Under the pieces are notes generated by a model, which worked only from the letters and a program-made list of their open reading frames with translations, did not search any database and was not told where the DNA came from. From an uncultured Gammaproteobacteria bacterium (GTDB lineage: Bacteria; Pseudomonadota; Gammaproteobacteria; CAWCPV01): a DNA stretch of 64,000 nt. The translations under genes were made by a program, and so were the position numbers. Positions 61,005 through 64,000 of this stretch are shown here, one piece after another (the first letter of the stretch is position 1; every line of letters begins with the position of its first letter). The stretch covers positions 1 through 64,000 of the forward strand of contig CAWCPV010000008.1 in NCBI GenBank assembly GCA_963797555.1, in the 5' to 3' direction.

Positions 61005-62090
61005 ATGCGTCGAAAGGGGTATTTCAATCGGCGCTATTCGCCGCCCGGGGCGGAGCCCGGTACCCTGGTACCGCACCCCGCAGCGGCGACCGGGCCGCCG
61101 CGGCTCACGGTGATCGACTACGACGAGCACCAATTCGAGGAGCACGACTGCGAGTCCGTTGCGGAGGCCATGTACTATTTCAGTCGGCCCACGGTGACGT
61201 GGCTGCACGTCCACGGGGTGGCGGACGCTTCGCAGATGCGCCACATCGGACGGATCCTCGGTCTGCACAGCCTCGCCCTGGAGGACGTGCTCAATACCGG
61301 CCAGCGCCCCAAGGCGGAGCGCTACGAGGACGAGTACTTCGTGATACTGGGACTGCCCTGCTGGGAGGGCGGGCTGATGCTGGTGGAGCAGGTCAGCCTA
61401 TTCCTCGGCGAGAACTACGTTCTGAGCTTTCATCAGGGCCGTAACGACCCCTTCTCGCCGGTGCGCGAGCGGCTACGCAGCCATACCGGACGGTTCCGTG
61501 CCCGGGGCGGAGCCGACTATCTGTTCTATGCCCTGGTGGACACCATCGTGGACCAGGGCTTCCCCACCCTGGAGACCGTGGGCGATCAGGTCGAGGCCGT
61601 GGAGACCGAGCTGCTGGAGGCGCCTACCCAGTCGATTGTCGAGCGCATTCACGGGCTTAAGCGAGAGCTGCTGCTACTGCGGCGCTTCATGTGGCCGCAA
61701 CGGGAAGTGGTCAGTATCCTGACCCGCGACGAGCATCCGCTGATCAGCAACGACACGCGCCTGTTCCTGCGCGATTGCTACGACCACGCGGTGCAGGTGC
61801 TCGACATGCTCGAGACCTATCGCGAGATGGCGGCGAGCATGATGGATGTCTACCTGTCCAGCCTGAACTACCGCCTGAATGACGTCATGCGGCTGCTCAC
61901 CGTGATCGCCACGGTATTTATCCCGCTGACGTTCATCACCGGAATCTTCGGCATGAACTTCGATCGCAGCGTGAGCCCGTGGAACATGCCGGAGCTCGGC
62001 TGGCAATACGGGTATCCCGCGTTCTGGCTGCTGATTCTGGCGGTGGGCGGTGGCCTGCTGCTTTACTTCAAACGCAAGAACTGGCTATAG
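61005..62090 (+). CDS. corA: Magnesium/cobalt transporter CorA
   Basis: LH.LALEDVLNTGQRPK.E, FIPLTFITGIFGMNF, MPEL.W.YGY. Confidence 0.95.
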   Translation: MRRKGYFNRRYSPPGAEPGTLVPHPAAATGPPRLTVIDYDEHQFEEHDCESVAEAMYYFSRPTVTWLHVHGVADASQMRHIGRILGLHSLALEDVLNTGQRPKAERYEDEYFVILGLPCWEGGLMLVEQVSLFLGENYVLSFHQGRNDPFSPVRERLRSHTGRFRARGGADYLFYALVDTIVDQGFPTLETVGDQVEAVETELLEAPTQSIVERIHGLKRELLLLRRFMWPQREVVSILTRDEHPLISNDTRLFLRDCYDHAVQVLDMLETYREMAASMMDVYLSSLNYRLNDVMRLLTVIATVFIPLTFITGIFGMNFDRSVSPWNMPELGWQYGYPAFWLLILAVGGGLLLYFKRKNWL

Positions 62091-62101
62091 GGCTGTCGGG
62101 G

Positions 62102-63100
62102 TCAGCCGCCCGTCGCCGACATGAAGCGCACGACCTTGTGCGGTGCCTCTCGGAACTCGTGGCGTTCGGGCTTGAGCGCGATGGCGTCGCGTACCGCCGC
62201 CTCCAGTGCGGCCTCGTCGGCCCCGGCACGCAGCAAGGGCCGGAACTGGTAACGGTTTTCCTGGCCAAGACATAGGTACAGGGTACCGTCCACCGCCAAC
62301 CGAACGCGGTTGCACGTGGCGCAAAAGTGCTGCGAGATGGGGGTAATGAACCCGACGGAGAACGAGCGGTCGGGGGTCTGCAGATAGCGGGCCGGACCAC
62401 CGCCCGGCAGCACACCATCCACCAGACCGAAACGACTGCGCAGCCTCTCTTTGACCGCCTGCAACCCCAGGTGGCTGGCGGCTCTGCCCGTCTCCCCCAT
62501 GGGCATGGTCTCGATGAAGCGGAGCACGAACCGGTGCTCCATGCAGAACGCGAGCACATCGTCCACTTCGTCGTCGTTCACGCCTTGCTGGACGACCGTG
62601 TTGACCTTCACCAGGTTGAACCCGGCCGCTTTGGCCGCCATCAGTCCCTCCAGGATGGCGCCGAGGCAGTCCCGGCCGGTGATCGCGCGGATGCGCTCCG
62701 CCCGCAAGGAGTCCAGACTCACGTTCACCCGGGAGACGCCGGCCGCGCGGAGAGCGCAGGCATGACGGGCGAGCTGGGTGGCGTTCGTGCTGAGGGATAG
62801 ATCCTCTATCCCGCTCAGCGCCGCCAGGCGCGCCGCCAGATCAGTGAGATTGCGGCGCAGCAGAGGTTCACCGCCGGTTAGCCGGATGCGCCTTACACCG
62901 AGCCGCGCGAACGCTGCGACCAAGCGCTCGATCTCGCCGAAGGTCAGCCAATGGTCGGGCTCCTCGAATCCTTTGAACCCTTTCGGCAGACAGTAGGTAC
63001 AGCGGAGGTCGCAGCGGTCCGTGACGGAGAGTCGGAGATAGACGATGCGGCGACCGAACGGGTCGATGAGGCTATTCGCGATAGTGCTGCACTGCGTCAT
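62102..63100 (-). CDS. moaA: GTP 3',8-cyclase MoaA
   Basis: YLRLSVTDRCDLRCTYC, LTGGEPLLR, FCATCNRVRL..DG.LYLCL, C-terminal GG. Confidence 0.96.
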   Translation of the reverse strand: MTQCSTIANSLIDPFGRRIVYLRLSVTDRCDLRCTYCLPKGFKGFEEPDHWLTFGEIERLVAAFARLGVRRIRLTGGEPLLRRNLTDLAARLAALSGIEDLSLSTNATQLARHACALRAAGVSRVNVSLDSLRAERIRAITGRDCLGAILEGLMAAKAAGFNLVKVNTVVQQGVNDDEVDDVLAFCMEHRFVLRFIETMPMGETGRAASHLGLQAVKERLRSRFGLVDGVLPGGGPARYLQTPDRSFSVGFITPISQHFCATCNRVRLAVDGTLYLCLGQENRYQFRPLLRAGADEAALEAAVRDAIALKPERHEFREAPHKVVRFMSATGG

Positions 63101-63207
63101 CGTCGTCGCTCCGCTCCGCCGGCGACCCTCTTGCGTAGATGTTTAGCACCCCGAACCCCTAAGCGCAAGAGTTCCGGCGCGTGCGTGAGTGCGAACAAAT
63201 CGCCGGC

Positions 63208-63817
63208 TCAGTGCGCCTCCAGCATCGGGCGCAGATAGGCCCACACATTGTCGAGGATGCGTGGCTGTCCCTCGGCCTTGGGGTGCAATCCATCTTCCTC
63301 TGTGAGGGCTGGGTTGCCTCCCACCCCTTCCAACAGGAAGGGAATCAACGGCACGCCAGCTTGGCGCGCTAGGCTAAAATACACCTCTTTGAACCTGTCT
63401 ATATAGCTGGGGCCATAGTTGGGCGGCAGGCGCATACCAGCGAGCAGAACGCGAGCTCCGCGACTTCGGGCGAGATCGATCATGGCGGCCAGGTTGTGTT
63501 CGATCTCGGCCGGAGCTAGTCCGCGCAACCCGTCGTTCGCTCCGAGGCTCGAGGATCACCACAGCGGGTCGGTACCGGTCCAAGGCGGCTGGCAGGCGCT
63601 CCAGTCCACTGCGGGTGGTATCACCGCTGATGCTGGCGTTTACGACCCGGTATGGGTAGCCGGACTGCTCGAGTCGCAGCTCGAGGAGTCGCGGCCATCC
63701 CTGGGCGGCTTCCATGCCGTAGGCAGCGCTCAGGCTGTCACCCAGCACCAGAATGAGAGGCTCACTCGCGTGAGCACTCGAGCCGCACAGTAACATCCAC
63801 AGGAGCACTCTGGACAT
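63208..63817 (-). CDS. tesA: Arylesterase / acyl-CoA thioesterase I (SGNH), frameshift at ~63545
   Basis: LGDSLSAAYG, NASISGDTT, (G.NDGL)RG, PPNYG, DGLHP. Confidence 0.88.
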
Positions 63818-63833
63818 CGTTCTTGACCCCGGC

Positions 63834-64000
63834 ATGCCTATTCTCCGGGTCCGCGGACTGGGCAAGCAAGTGCCGGTGCGCGACGGGACCCTGGTTCTGC
63901 TCTGTGACGTGAACCTGGACGTGGCGGCGGGCGAGGCCCTCGCCGTCCTGGGCATATCCGGGTCAGGAAAATCCACGTTGCTGGGCTTGGTCGCAGGGCT
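63834..64000 (+). CDS. ABC ATP-binding protein (YbbA-like), 5' part only
   Basis: GEALAVLGISGSGKSTLL; divergent from tesA, as in the usual tesA-ybbA arrangement. Confidence 0.8.
   Translation, partial: MPILRVRGLGKQVPVRDGTLVLLCDVNLDVAAGEALAVLGISGSGKSTLLGLVAG

Noticed and set aside
63101-63205. Moco riboswitch upstream of moaA
   Set aside because: A CTCTTGCG/CGCAAGAG stem exists, but I could not see the conserved Moco RNA elements, and the space is short and promoter-like.

Overview
GC-rich gammaproteobacterial chromosomal segment. It is probably from an indel-prone assembly, because essential mrdA plus tesA and gspC each carry an apparent 1-bp frameshift. Layout: (1) 1-2179 is an IS50/Tn5-like IS4 element carrying a DUF4338 (DruA-like) passenger inside its terminal repeat. 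(2) 2325-7935 is a minus-strand envelope-glycosylation cluster, partly broken by an IS256 remnant. (3) 8849-11151 is an intact IS with a 728-aa DDE transposase, 13-bp IRs and a 5-bp TSD. (4) 11610-19261 is a four-gene methyl/glycosyl/sulfotransferase cassette bracketed by ~270-bp direct repeats of the 5' end of a GldA-like ABC ATPase. (5) 19452-43151 holds housekeeping genes: GldAFG-like ABC, mutM, CLC, lipAB, ybeD, dat, dac, rlpA, mltB, rodA, mrdA, mreDCB, gatCAB and a gspC-like gene. (6) ~43150-56700 is a lower-GC integron-type cassette array with no intI in the window. It has about 9 cassettes with complementary core/inverse-core sites, two copies of a ~370-400-bp promoter/RBS/attI-like leader, and insertions or remnants of ISL3, IS4, IS110, IS91, a group II intron and TGACCCC-ended elements. 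Cargo includes a TA pair, HNH and PD-(D/E)XK-like nucleases, a CSD-Excalibur protein and a protein-glutaminase. (7) 56704-64000 holds an MBL hydrolase, Fur-boxed bfd-bfr, argG, a PmtA-like methyltransferase, corA, moaA, tesA and the start of a YbbA-like ABC ATPase. No rRNA, tRNA or CRISPR array was recognised. All family assignments are from motif recognition by eye, not database searches.
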